Shown in pieces: positions 50,829 to 60,734 of a DNA stretch of 64,000 bases. A program made the position numbers and the translations under genes. Source of the stretch: Patescibacteria group bacterium (GTDB lineage: Bacteria > Patescibacteriota > Patescibacteriia > Patescibacteriales > UBA12465); contig JBAZBP010000001.1 in the NCBI GenBank assembly GCA_041671365.1, positions 116,459-180,458 on the forward strand. Direction: 5' to 3'. The notes beneath the pieces were generated by a model that was given only the letters and a program-made list of their open reading frames with translations, ran no database searches and had not been told where the DNA came from. How positions within the stretch are numbered: position 1 is the first letter of the stretch; each line of letters begins with the position of its first letter.

Positions 50829-52807
50829 CGCCGATATTCAAAAACATAAACCCGATCGTTGATTGCCCACCATTTAGAGGCCATAACTTTAGCTTCATTA
50901 ATTATCCGGTCACTTTGGTACCAATATTTATTGATAATCAAATAACCGCTATCGGTTCCGCTCAGATTTAAAGCTCCAATCATATTTTCTTGGCTGGGGC
51001 TTTTATAAACCATGTTTAGATAATATTGATAGAGCGGTCCGCCGGTCGGGATAGGATAAAAATAAACTGGGCCGAGAGATGTTTGATAATAATGATTAAA
51101 TCCTAATTCCTGCAAGGCGGCAGCGCTGACCTGTTGATTCGCTAAAACAATATAGGGATTGGGAGAATTTTGGTTGATTAATTTAACGGCGGCGAGATCG
51201 TCAGCACTGACACTATAACCGCGGCTATTATAATATTTATCCCAACGCGGATATGACAAATAAAGACTGATGCTCAGCAGACTAATTCCCAGAAATAACC
51301 AAATTATTTGGATTAAATTTTTTTGTTGACGAATTTTTATAATTATTTGATTTAAACCAGCCATTAGAAACGGCAACAGGAAGATACTTATTATAATCGG
51401 CAAGCGATTGGCATAATCCGCCTGTTCGTAAGCAACTAAATTATTAAAAACAATCTGGCTGCTTAATAGGTAGGAGAATAAGAGAGCTAAACTTATTAAA
51501 ATCAAACTTCTTTTTAAAATTTTGTCTTGTGGGCTATCATTTTTTGGCTGTCGGTAATAAAAAAATAAGACGACGCCTATAGTTATAATTAAAAATAGAT
51601 TATAATTGTTAGCTAAAAAATAAATAAAATTAGACAGCCAATCTTCCTGGCCGACCATTCCCGGGTTGGCCAGTAGAGTTTTCAGGGGCGATAATAATAA
51701 ATTTAAGTAATTATTAATTTTTGGCCACTGGCCGCCGCCCGCCAAAAGTAAAGCTAGCGGTAAAGCTACCGACATGGAAATAAAAATTATTGATCTAATC
51801 ATTTTTTGCAGCGTGAGTTTTACTTTTTTTTGGTATTTTTCAAAAGTTAGCCAGATGACAAAAGTCAGAGCCGGTAAGCCGGTCAAAGGATGAACGGCCG
51901 CGGTCGCTAAAGCCAACACCCAGACGATTATTAAGCGAGAATAAGTGAAGCTGGCGAGCACGGTTAATATCAAAAATAAATAACTGAGGTTTTGCGGCGT
52001 CGTTAAAATAAATGGAGAGAATGTTAGAATTAATAGAAAAAGAACGGTTAGCGGGGCATTAATGTTTTCTTTTTTAAGGAAACGAAAAAAAGCCGTCGGT
52101 AAAAATAAAGCGGTTAGTCCCGGGACGATAATTTTATTTAAAAAATTAATTGATATTCCGCTGATTTGATGGACAATGACAATTAGGCCATATTCTCCGA
52201 GGTAATAAGGTGTTTTAGGCGGCACCAGTCCCTCAGCAGAAATTAGTTTCATGGTAGCCTGGTGGATAAAGGGATCAAAACCGTAACCGATTTTATAGAC
52301 GATAACGGCAATAGATAAAGAAATTAGATAATGTAGGGAAACTAAAATAATTTTTAGATTGTCGGAAAAATTTTGTTTAATTAAAATTAGTACCAATAGT
52401 AAAGAAGCTAGGGAATAAAACCCAAAAAAACTAGGATTGATTATTTGCCAGGGAGAAACTATCGCCCGGTCGCTTTGACTAAAAAATAATTGAATAACGA
52501 TGAATAAACAAAATAAGCCGTAAGCCGTTAAAAGAATTTTATTTTTTTGGCTTAGAAGGGAAAGATGGTTTAACGTTTGAATTTCGTTTTTTATAATTTT
52601 TTCTTCGACTGCTCCCCCTTTTTTAAAAAAATGCAGAAAAGCTATAAAACTGCCAATAATTAAAACTAAAGATAGAATAATTCCTAACCAATTTAAGGCG
52701 TATAAATAATAAACCACCGCCCCCCAAATTGCCGTTAAAGCGACTAGGAACAATAAATAATCATTTAAATTGTTGGTAATTTTAGGCCAGTTTATGAGCT
52801 TTTTCAT
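50825..52807 (-). CDS. Large polytopic membrane protein (unknown, possibly a GT-C-like glycosyltransferase)
   Basis: About 14 predicted TMs. No soluble catalytic motif recognised. Confidence 0.35.
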   Translation of the reverse strand: MKKLINWPKITNNLNDYLLFLVALTAIWGAVVYYLYALNWLGIILSLVLIIGSFIAFLHFFKKGGAVEEKIIKNEIQTLNHLSLLSQKNKILLTAYGLFCLFIVIQLFFSQSDRAIVSPWQIINPSFFGFYSLASLLLVLILIKQNFSDNLKIILVSLHYLISLSIAVIVYKIGYGFDPFIHQATMKLISAEGLVPPKTPYYLGEYGLIVIVHQISGISINFLNKIIVPGLTALFLPTAFFRFLKKENINAPLTVLFLLILTFSPFILTTPQNLSYLFLILTVLASFTYSRLIIVWVLALATAAVHPLTGLPALTFVIWLTFEKYQKKVKLTLQKMIRSIIFISMSVALPLALLLAGGGQWPKINNYLNLLLSPLKTLLANPGMVGQEDWLSNFIYFLANNYNLFLIITIGVVLFFYYRQPKNDSPQDKILKRSLILISLALLFSYLLSSQIVFNNLVAYEQADYANRLPIIISIFLLPFLMAGLNQIIIKIRQQKNLIQIIWLFLGISLLSISLYLSYPRWDKYYNSRGYSVSADDLAAVKLINQNSPNPYIVLANQQVSAAALQELGFNHYYQTSLGPVYFYPIPTGGPLYQYYLNMVYKSPSQENMIGALNLSGTDSGYLIINKYWYQSDRIINEAKVMASKWWAINDRVYVFEYRR

Positions 52808-52907
52808 AGTACTTTAATCATAGCAAATTCTTGCTAAAATTGGCAATTTTGGCTACTATTAATTTAGTTATACTCAATAATTAGTTTAAAATAGCTAAAT
52901 TTTAACC

Positions 52908-54686
52908 ATGTTTAGGGAAAAATATATTAATTTAATTATAGTCAGTCTATTGGCGTTAGTTTTTTTTATAGCTACTGCCAGCCTTAATTTTTATTCGCAA
53001 ACGCAAGACTATACTAAATGGTCCTCGCCGGACGAAACCGCTAATTATTTTTTTACAAAACAGTTAAGTCAGACCGGCCAGCTGTCTTATTTTGATGCGG
53101 CCAATATTATTGGCGATAATATGGTCATTCCCCGTAGCGTCCGGAGTGATAACGGCTGGGTGAAGCCCGTTAGCTTTTTAGGTATTATCTTAATTTATGG
53201 TAGCCTGGCCTCTATTGTTGGGACGGCCGTAATTCCGTTTTTGACTCCCTGGTTTGCAGCTTGGGGCATAATATTTTTTTATTTAATTGTCCGACGCTTG
53301 TTTTCGGAACGTGTCGGTCTCTGGTCGGCTTGGTTATTGGCAATTTTCCCGGTTTATATTTATTATACCGTCCGCAGCATGTTTCATAACGTGTTATTCA
53401 TTGTTTTGCTTTTGATTAGTGTTTATTTATTTGGTTTAGCTATTGGTCGTCAAGAGACTAAAGTTAAAACTAATTTTTTAACTTGGACTCGGCCGATTCA
53501 TCAGTGGTTAGAGTTTTTAGCTGTTTTTGGCAGCGGTATTTTTTGCGGTTTGGCCGTTATTACTCGTACTTCCGAATTGTTGTGGTTAGTTCCGGTTGTG
53601 CTTTTAGTATGGATATTTTATTTTCGTCGTCTCGGTTTTGTTAAACCATTTTTATTTATTTCCGGCTTTGTCTTGGCTTTGATTCCCGTCGCTTATTATA
53701 ATCAGATTATTTATAATTCTTTTTGGCAGGGCGGTTACAATGAGATGAACCGTTCTCTTAAAGACATTGCCGCTTCCGGTAGTGAAATTTGGAAATTTAC
53801 TTGGACCGGACAATTTAATTACTACCATCATTATTTTGGACAAATTTTTAATAGAATTTTTTATTTTGGTTTTGATTATAATCAATCGTTAGTAATGCTT
53901 GGACATTACGTTTATGAAATGTTCCCGTTTCTTCTAATTGGCGGCATTCTCGGATTATTAATTATTATTGGGCAAAATTTCCGTCGTTTTCAAAAGAAAT
54001 ATTTGGTCTATATTTTAGGCTGGCTAATCCTTAGCGTTATTTTGGTTTTCTATTATGGCAGCTGGAAATTCAATGATAATCCGGATTTAACGCAATTTAC
54101 TATCGGCAATTCTTATACGCGTTATTGGTTACCTTTATATTTAGGATTAATGCCTTTGGTTTCTTTAGCGCTAGTTCGTTTAAGCCGAGCCTTATTATTC
54201 ATTAATTCAAAAACTTCAGCCGGAATTCGAAGGATAATAGCTAGCGGCTTGCAAGTTTTAGTTATTTTAACTTTGAGTATTTGGTCTCTGATGTTTGTAA
54301 TTTACGGTTCGACCGAAGGTTTGGCGTATTTATATTATAATAACCAAGCCGAAAAGGTTAATGCCGAAAAAGTTTGGTCTTTAACGGAGCCGACGTCCGT
54401 TATTATTACTCGTTATTACGATAAATTCTTTTGGCCGGAGCGGCGAGTAATTATGGGCACACTGCCTAATGATGAAATTTTAACGGCCGCGGCTAAACTT
54501 GTTAAAGTTTATCCTGTTTATTACTATAATTTTTATTTAGATTCGGCCGCGGTAACCTATTTAAATGAACGAAAATTTTTGCCCTATGGTTTACAAATGA
54601 ATTTAGTTAAAAAATTGAATGCTAAATTTGGTTTGTATAAATTAACGGCTAAACAGATTGATTATGAAAATACCGTCAAAAATTAA
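52908..54686 (+). CDS. GT-C family (ArnT/PMT GT39/GT83-like) polyprenyl-phosphate-sugar-dependent glycosyltransferase
   Basis: The first extracytoplasmic loop WSSPDETANYFFTKQLSQTGQLSY resembles the ArnT/PMT DE motif region. About 13 TMs. Confidence 0.5.
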   Translation: MFREKYINLIIVSLLALVFFIATASLNFYSQTQDYTKWSSPDETANYFFTKQLSQTGQLSYFDAANIIGDNMVIPRSVRSDNGWVKPVSFLGIILIYGSLASIVGTAVIPFLTPWFAAWGIIFFYLIVRRLFSERVGLWSAWLLAIFPVYIYYTVRSMFHNVLFIVLLLISVYLFGLAIGRQETKVKTNFLTWTRPIHQWLEFLAVFGSGIFCGLAVITRTSELLWLVPVVLLVWIFYFRRLGFVKPFLFISGFVLALIPVAYYNQIIYNSFWQGGYNEMNRSLKDIAASGSEIWKFTWTGQFNYYHHYFGQIFNRIFYFGFDYNQSLVMLGHYVYEMFPFLLIGGILGLLIIIGQNFRRFQKKYLVYILGWLILSVILVFYYGSWKFNDNPDLTQFTIGNSYTRYWLPLYLGLMPLVSLALVRLSRALLFINSKTSAGIRRIIASGLQVLVILTLSIWSLMFVIYGSTEGLAYLYYNNQAEKVNAEKVWSLTEPTSVIITRYYDKFFWPERRVIMGTLPNDEILTAAAKLVKVYPVYYYNFYLDSAAVTYLNERKFLPYGLQMNLVKKLNAKFGLYKLTAKQIDYENTVKN

Positions 54687-56001
54687 TAAAACTTATTATA
54701 TTATGACTATCGGTTGCCAGATGAACTCAGCCGACAGTGAGCGCTTGGCTGCTTTTTTAGATAATAGCGGATATCGGGCCGTTTCTGATTTTAAAATTGC
54801 CGGCACAGTGGTTATTAATACTTGCGGCATTCGACAGGCTGCCGAAGATCGGGCTTATGGTTTAGTTAACCAAATTAATAAATATAATCCGACAGCTAAA
54901 GTTATTATTGCCGGTTGTCTAAGTAAGCGACCAGACGTCAAAAAACGTTTGGCGGGCCGGGCTAACTTTTTTTTACCAATTAATGAAATGTTGCAATTAC
55001 CGGATTTATTGCAAGGTCAGGAGTATGAGCCATATTTTAGTTTAGATGAAGTTCGTTTAAAGGCGGGTGAAAAATATTTAGATATTTTACCCGTGCATCA
55101 AAGTAAATTTACCGCCTATGTTCCAGTAGGCAATGGCTGCAATAATTTTTGTTCTTATTGCGTGGTTCCTTATGCGCGCGGACGAGAAGTTTATCGTTCG
55201 TCGCTGGAAGTGATTAAGGAGGTTCGTGCTTTAGTCAAAAAGGGCTACAAGGAGATTATTTTAATTGCGCAAAATGTTAATAGTTATTCTGATGGAGATT
55301 ATAATTTTCCTCGCCTGTTGGCAGAATTAATTAAAATTCCCGGAAAATTTTGGTTACGTTTTTCTTCCAGCCACCCGAAAGATTTAAGCGATGAATTAAT
55401 AACGGTTATGGCTTCGTCTTCTAAGGTTTGTTCGCATTTGCATTTAGCGGTCCAATCCGGCGACGACGCTATCCTTCGGGCAATGAATCGTCAGTATACC
55501 GTCAGTCATTATAAAAATTTAATTAAAAAAATGCGCGCGGCTAAACCGGGAATAGCGATTACGACCGACGTGATTGTCGGTTTTCCCGGAGAGACTAAAA
55601 CTCAATTTAATCACACCGTTAAATTATTTAATGATTTAAAATTTGATTTAGCTTATATTTCCCAGTATAGTCCACGGCCGGGTACAGCTTCCGCTAAAAT
55701 GATTGATAATGTCAGTCCGGCTGAGAAGAAACGGCGAGCCTATGAATTAAATGAAATTTTAAAGCAAATAGCCTTGAAAAATCATCAGAAATATTTGGGT
55801 CAGATTGTAGAAGTATTGATTGAAGGTAAAAATAAGAAGGAAAAATATTATGGCAAGCTAAGTAGTTATCAAACGGTATTGATTAATGTGCCGGGAGATT
55901 TTAAAATAAATAAAAAAAACGACCCAATTGGTCATTTTGTAAATGTGAAAATTAATAAAGTTTTAGCTTTTGGGCTAGAGGGTGATTGGATAAAAAAATA
56001 G
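54658..56001 (+). CDS. miaB: tRNA (i6A37) methylthiotransferase MiaB (radical SAM MTTase)
   Basis: KTYYIMTIGCQMNSADSE UPF0004 domain, radical-SAM CNNFCSYCVVP, C-terminal TRAM domain. Upstream of miaA. Confidence 0.8.
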   Translation: MIMKIPSKINKTYYIMTIGCQMNSADSERLAAFLDNSGYRAVSDFKIAGTVVINTCGIRQAAEDRAYGLVNQINKYNPTAKVIIAGCLSKRPDVKKRLAGRANFFLPINEMLQLPDLLQGQEYEPYFSLDEVRLKAGEKYLDILPVHQSKFTAYVPVGNGCNNFCSYCVVPYARGREVYRSSLEVIKEVRALVKKGYKEIILIAQNVNSYSDGDYNFPRLLAELIKIPGKFWLRFSSSHPKDLSDELITVMASSSKVCSHLHLAVQSGDDAILRAMNRQYTVSHYKNLIKKMRAAKPGIAITTDVIVGFPGETKTQFNHTVKLFNDLKFDLAYISQYSPRPGTASAKMIDNVSPAEKKRRAYELNEILKQIALKNHQKYLGQIVEVLIEGKNKKEKYYGKLSSYQTVLINVPGDFKINKKNDPIGHFVNVKINKVLAFGLEGDWIKK

Positions 56002-56065
56002 GTTAGATGTCTGTGAGACAATCTAAGAGCCAATAGTTATTTATATATTAGCATAAATATAAGAT

Positions 56066-57031
56066 ATGGCAACAAAAGTTATCCACCATAATAAATTTAA
56101 TAAGCCCTTGGATTCTAAACCTCAGGTTTTAGTAATTTTAGGTACGACGGCGAGCGGTAAAACTAGTCTGGGGGTTAAGTTGGCCGTTAAGTTTAAGGGA
56201 GAGATAATTAGCGCCGACAGTCGCCAAGTTTATAAAGGGATGGATGTCGGGACAGGCAAGGACTTGACGGAATATCGGATTGGAAAAAAGAAAATACCGT
56301 ATCACTTGATTGATGTCGCCGATCCTAAAAAAGGATTTGATTTGGCTCGTTATCAGAGATTAGCTTTTCGGGCTATCAAAGATGTGCTTAAGCATAATAA
56401 TTTACCGATTGTTGTCGGTGGGAGCGGGCTTTATCTGCAGGCTTTAGTGGATAATTATTCTTTGGATCAAGGGAAAACAAAGTTACCCCAACGAACTAAA
56501 TGGGAAAAATGGCCGGTCAAGCGTTTATTTCAGGAACTGGTCAGATTAAAGCCGGATTTTGCCGGACGTCTTAATAATAGCGACAAGAATAATTCGCGCC
56601 GTCTAGTTCGCTATCTGGAAATTGCCGAAGCGGGTGATTTAGATAAAATTAGGAAAAGAGAGTCGCCATATAATTTTATTTTATTAGGCCTGACTTGGTC
56701 CGATGCGGTTTTACGAGAACGGATTAATTTTCGGATTTTAGAGCGCCTGGAAAAAGAGGGGATGTTAGCCGAGGTCAAAGAATTAAATAAACAAGGTTTG
56801 AGTTGGGAGAAACTTAAATCTTTTGGATTAGAATATAAATTTATCAGTCAGCATCTTTTAGGTGAATTGACTTATTCGGAAATGGTTGAGAAATTGAGTA
56901 TAGCGTCTTATCGTTTTGCTAAACGTCAGAAAACCTGGTTCAAGCGTTGGGAAAATCAGGGGGCAAAGATTAAATGGATTAAAAACATTAAAGCGGCCGA
57001 AAAAGAGATTAGAAAGTGGATGAGAGTATAA
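56066..57031 (+). CDS. miaA: tRNA dimethylallyltransferase MiaA
   Basis: P-loop ILGTTASGKTSLGVKLA and DSRQVYKGMDVGTGK. Confidence 0.9.
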   Translation: MATKVIHHNKFNKPLDSKPQVLVILGTTASGKTSLGVKLAVKFKGEIISADSRQVYKGMDVGTGKDLTEYRIGKKKIPYHLIDVADPKKGFDLARYQRLAFRAIKDVLKHNNLPIVVGGSGLYLQALVDNYSLDQGKTKLPQRTKWEKWPVKRLFQELVRLKPDFAGRLNNSDKNNSRRLVRYLEIAEAGDLDKIRKRESPYNFILLGLTWSDAVLRERINFRILERLEKEGMLAEVKELNKQGLSWEKLKSFGLEYKFISQHLLGELTYSEMVEKLSIASYRFAKRQKTWFKRWENQGAKIKWIKNIKAAEKEIRKWMRV

Positions 57032-57101
57032 TTTTTAGGAAAAAATTGATTAAATTATAGCTAATTTTAAATAAATATTGTTTAGTTAAAAAATCATCTT
57101 A

Positions 57102-57935
57102 TTGTATCATAGATATCAGCCAGGAGGATATAAAGATTTTAAGATTTCTGACCCTAAACCACGTCATATCCATAAAGCCAATGTCCGTGACCGTTTACTC
57201 CATCACGCTATCTACCGTCAACTTTATCCCTTTTTTGACCGCATTTTTATTTTTGATAGTTATTCTTGCCGGTTAGATAAAGGCACTCATAAAGCCCTTG
57301 GCCAATTTCGTAGTTATTTTCTAAAAGTCAGCCGCAATAACACTAGAAATTGTTGGGTCTTAAAAGGCGATATCAGAAAGTTTTTTGCTAGTATTGATCA
57401 TAGTATTTTAATGGACATTTTAAAGGAGTATATTCCCGATGAAAAAATTGTCTGGTTGCTTCAAGAAGTTATTGGCAGCTTTAAAATTGGGACTGAGAAT
57501 AAGGGCTTACCCTTAGGCAATTTAACTTCTCAACTTTTTGCCAATGTTTATTTAAATAAACTAGATCAGTTTATTAAGCACCAGATTAAAGCCAGATATT
57601 ATATCCGTTATGCCGATGATTTTGTTATTTTTTCGGAAGATAGGGAATGGCCGGAGAATATAATTCATAGAATATCAGAATTTCTAAAATTTGATCTTAA
57701 ATTAGAGCTTCATCCGGATAAGTTATTTTTAAAAACAATCTTTTCGGGCGTTGATTTTTTGGGTTGGGTACATTTTCCTGATCATCGGGTTTTACGGAGC
57801 GCAACCAAAAAAAGAATGTTTAGAAAACTAAAGATTAATAATTACAAGAAACAATCGCTTAATTCTTATTTAGGGATGTTGAGCCATGGAAATGCCAAGA
57901 AATTGCGATTATTAGTTAAAAGTAATTTTAGTTAA
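57102..57935 (+). CDS. Reverse transcriptase, diversity-generating-retroelement (DGR) type
   Basis: RT motifs 1-2 (ISDPKPRHIHKANVRDRLLHHAIYRQL…SYSCRLDKGTHKAL), motif 4 GLPLGNLTSQLFANVYLN carrying the DGR-specific LGxxxSQ, and motif 5 YADDFVIF. Near-colinear with Bordetella phage Brt (IGSLTSQLFANVY…RYMDDIVVL). TTG start. Confidence 0.75.
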   Translation: MYHRYQPGGYKDFKISDPKPRHIHKANVRDRLLHHAIYRQLYPFFDRIFIFDSYSCRLDKGTHKALGQFRSYFLKVSRNNTRNCWVLKGDIRKFFASIDHSILMDILKEYIPDEKIVWLLQEVIGSFKIGTENKGLPLGNLTSQLFANVYLNKLDQFIKHQIKARYYIRYADDFVIFSEDREWPENIIHRISEFLKFDLKLELHPDKLFLKTIFSGVDFLGWVHFPDHRVLRSATKKRMFRKLKINNYKKQSLNSYLGMLSHGNAKKLRLLVKSNFS

Positions 57936-57952
57936 GATAATAACATTAATAT

Positions 57953-59458
57953 TTATTTTAATAATTTTTCCAGTAATTCTCTAACAATTTTAGGATTAGC
58001 CTTGCCTTTGGTTTCGGCCATTACTTGGCCGACAAAAAATTGCAGGACCGTAGTTTTTCCCTGACGATATTGTTCTAGTTGGGCGGGATTATTAGTGATT
58101 ATTTTTTTTACCGCTTCTTCTAATTCATTCTCATTATTCATTTGCTGCAGCCCCAAAGCTTCCATAATATCGGTCGGATCGCCGCCCTCCCAATACATTT
58201 TTTCTAAAATACTCTGTCCGGTTGAAGAATTAATTTTATCTTGATAAATTAAACACATTAATTCCGCAAAATTTTCGGCCGTCATTTTTAAGTCGGTAAT
58301 TTTTTTATTATCTGCGTTTAGATGTTTTAATAATTCGCTGGTAATCCAGTTGGCGGCGGTCTTGGCTAGGCTTTTTTCTTGACGAACCGCTTCGTCGCCG
58401 TTAGCTTCAATCCAAGCGTCGAGTTCGGATATAACCTCCTCTGTCCAATCGGCTAAACTTCTATCGCTAACTAAAACTTCGGCTAATTCCGGGCTGTAGC
58501 CATATTCTTTCATAAAGCGTTGTTTTTTTAGACTAGGCATTTCCGGTAATTTAGCCTGGATGTCAGCCAATAAATCGTCATCAATTTTTAGAGGGGGAAT
58601 GTCCGGTTCGGGAAAATAGCGATAATCCGCTGAACTTTCTTTCAGGCGCTGACTGACGGTAGCCGCTTTATTTTCATCCCAGCCGCGAGTTTCGGCGAGT
58701 ATTGCTTCTCCCTTTTCGAGCAGTTTGGTTTGTCTTTCAATTTCAAAATTAATAGCCTTTTCCACGGCGCGGAAAGAATTTATATTTTTTACTTCGACTT
58801 TAGCGTTAAGCGGATGGTTCTTTTTGGGTTGAATTTGTCCATCTTTATAAATCCATTCGCCCGATGCCTGGACGCTAATATTAGCTTCACAGCGCATTTG
58901 GCCTTTTTCCATGTCTGCGTTACTAATATTTAGATAACGTAAAATTTGTTGGTAGGCCTGGCAGAATTTTTTAGCTTCATCGGCGTTTTTTATTATTGGT
59001 TCAGTTACTAATTCCATTAAGGGCGTACCGGCACGATTAAAGTCTAAAAGAGTATAATCTTGCTCTTTAAAATGCAGAGATTTACCGGTATCTTCCTCTA
59101 AGTGGATTCGAGTAATGAGGATTTTTTCGTTATTTATGGTTAGATAACCGTCGTAAGCCAGCGGTTGATCATATTGAGAAATTTGGTAGCCTTTGGGCAG
59201 ATCGGGATAAAAATAATTTTTTCGATCAAATTTAGAAGTGCGATTAATTTTACAATGCAAGGCTAGTCCGGTTAAAATTGTCCAATCAATGGCTTGCTTG
59301 TTGGGAACCGGTAAAGTTCCGGGGTGTCCCAAACAGATAGGGCAAACTGTAGTATTGGGCGCTTGACCGTCGGCGTCATTATCACAGGAGCAAAACATTT
59401 TGCTTTTAGTTTTTAGTTCGGCGTGGATTTCCAGGCCGATAATAGTGTCGTAAGTCAT
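57953..59458 (-). CDS. gatB: Asp-tRNA(Asn)/Glu-tRNA(Gln) amidotransferase subunit B
   Basis: MTYDTIIGLEIHAELKTKSKMFCSC… GatB N-terminus and C-terminal YqeY-like domain. The internal Met is taken as the start (the ORF track extends to 59482). Confidence 0.9.
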   Translation of the reverse strand: MTYDTIIGLEIHAELKTKSKMFCSCDNDADGQAPNTTVCPICLGHPGTLPVPNKQAIDWTILTGLALHCKINRTSKFDRKNYFYPDLPKGYQISQYDQPLAYDGYLTINNEKILITRIHLEEDTGKSLHFKEQDYTLLDFNRAGTPLMELVTEPIIKNADEAKKFCQAYQQILRYLNISNADMEKGQMRCEANISVQASGEWIYKDGQIQPKKNHPLNAKVEVKNINSFRAVEKAINFEIERQTKLLEKGEAILAETRGWDENKAATVSQRLKESSADYRYFPEPDIPPLKIDDDLLADIQAKLPEMPSLKKQRFMKEYGYSPELAEVLVSDRSLADWTEEVISELDAWIEANGDEAVRQEKSLAKTAANWITSELLKHLNADNKKITDLKMTAENFAELMCLIYQDKINSSTGQSILEKMYWEGGDPTDIMEALGLQQMNNENELEEAVKKIITNNPAQLEQYRQGKTTVLQFFVGQVMAETKGKANPKIVRELLEKLLK

Positions 59459-59459
59459 A

Positions 59460-60731
59460 TTAGAATTTACCGGAGCTGCCAAAACCGTTGTCTTGACGTT
59501 CGGTAGAATTATCTAATTTCTCTTCGCTAATTTCTAAATTTAAAACTTCTTGAATTAAAATTTGGGCAATTTTTTGACCGGGAACAATATTAAAAATTTC
59601 TTCGCTTAAATTTTTGACCACCACTTTAATTTCTCCGCGATAATTAGCGTCGATGACTCCGCCCATAATGGTTATGCCTTCTGAGGCTAATCCGCTTTTA
59701 TCCCAAATTAAACCGGCGCAGCCTTCGGGTATTATCATTTTTAAACCGGTAGCTACCAGAGCTTGATTATAGGGGGGCAAAGAATAATAATCGTTGGCAT
59801 ATAAATCATAGGCAGCGTCGTTAAGATGGGCTTTTTGGGGAAGTTTGGCTTGCGGGCTAATTTTTTCAACTATTAATTTTGTCGCTAGACTTTTTTTAAC
59901 CGGTTTATCGTCTTTAATTTCAGTTTTTATTGTTTCTCGATTTGAATCTTTAGTATATTCAAAAATAACTTCCCGATGATCCACGATTTGTCGGTTAGAA
60001 CCGATAATATTACTGATAGGCTGGAAATCCTGATGTTTAAGGGAATCATGGTTAATTATTTTTTTTACCGTTAGCCAGACCAATAAACTTATTTCGTCAC
60101 GATTTAGAATTTCTTTATTTTTTGTGCAGCTGATGAGCTGAAAATCCGGGAAGCTATTGGCAATTTCTAAATAAACTTGTTCGGCTTTTTGCAGATGCTC
60201 TAAATTATTTTCATGAATATCGGTAGTTTTTCCGACCCAATCTTCGCGCGACCTGGTTTTGGCCAGTTGTTGAGCAATACTGGATTCAACATGTAAAATA
60301 ATCGATAAATCCGGCCGGGGAATTTCTAGAATTTTATATTCTAAATCATCCAACCAATTAAAAAATATTCGCCGTTCTAGCGGATTAGTAATTTTACCGC
60401 CCTGGTGTCCCATATTGGCGCTGGTATAACGGTTAGCGAGCACAATTTTTCCTTCGGTTAACCACTGTTTTATTTTCCAACTGGCGTCGTAACGATCGAC
60501 GGCATAAAATATGGAAGCCTTGTAAGCGTCGACTTCATTGGCGTTGCCATATTTGCCTGATAAATATTCTTCTATCGGTCCGGCCGATTTAGTGTTGTAT
60601 TGGGGAAAGTCGGCCACCTCCACTGCGTAGCCCTCATTTTCCAGCTTCGCCTTTAACAGACTAAGCTGGGTGGTTTTTCCACTGCCGTCAGTGCCGTCGA
60701 TAACAATAAATTTTCCGGGAAAACCGTTCAT
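59460..60731 (-). CDS. Fusion protein: thymidylate kinase (Tmk) plus dUTPase (Dut)
   Basis: N-terminal FIVIDGTDGSGKTTQ with lid and DRY motifs (Tmk). C-terminal …AAYDLYA…GVIDANYRGEIKVVVKN…GQKIAQIL (dUTPase motifs I-V). Confidence 0.8.
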   Translation of the reverse strand: MNGFPGKFIVIDGTDGSGKTTQLSLLKAKLENEGYAVEVADFPQYNTKSAGPIEEYLSGKYGNANEVDAYKASIFYAVDRYDASWKIKQWLTEGKIVLANRYTSANMGHQGGKITNPLERRIFFNWLDDLEYKILEIPRPDLSIILHVESSIAQQLAKTRSREDWVGKTTDIHENNLEHLQKAEQVYLEIANSFPDFQLISCTKNKEILNRDEISLLVWLTVKKIINHDSLKHQDFQPISNIIGSNRQIVDHREVIFEYTKDSNRETIKTEIKDDKPVKKSLATKLIVEKISPQAKLPQKAHLNDAAYDLYANDYYSLPPYNQALVATGLKMIIPEGCAGLIWDKSGLASEGITIMGGVIDANYRGEIKVVVKNLSEEIFNIVPGQKIAQILIQEVLNLEISEEKLDNSTERQDNGFGSSGKF

Positions 60732-60734
60732 AGA

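Noticed and set aside
57032-57101. Searched for a DGR template repeat (TR), IMH element or retron msr/msd ncRNA immediately upstream and downstream of the RT.
   Set aside because: The intergenic spaces (70 nt upstream, 17 nt downstream) are AT-rich and too short, with no GC-rich IMH-like element or inverted repeats. The upstream gene is miaA with a normal C-terminus, not a VR-bearing target.
59459-59482. gatB N-terminal extension (MAAPVNSN) overlapping the Tmk–Dut stop.
   Set aside because: The conserved GatB N-terminus begins at the internal Met (MTYDTIIGLEIH). The longer form would create a 23-nt overlap, which is unnecessary.
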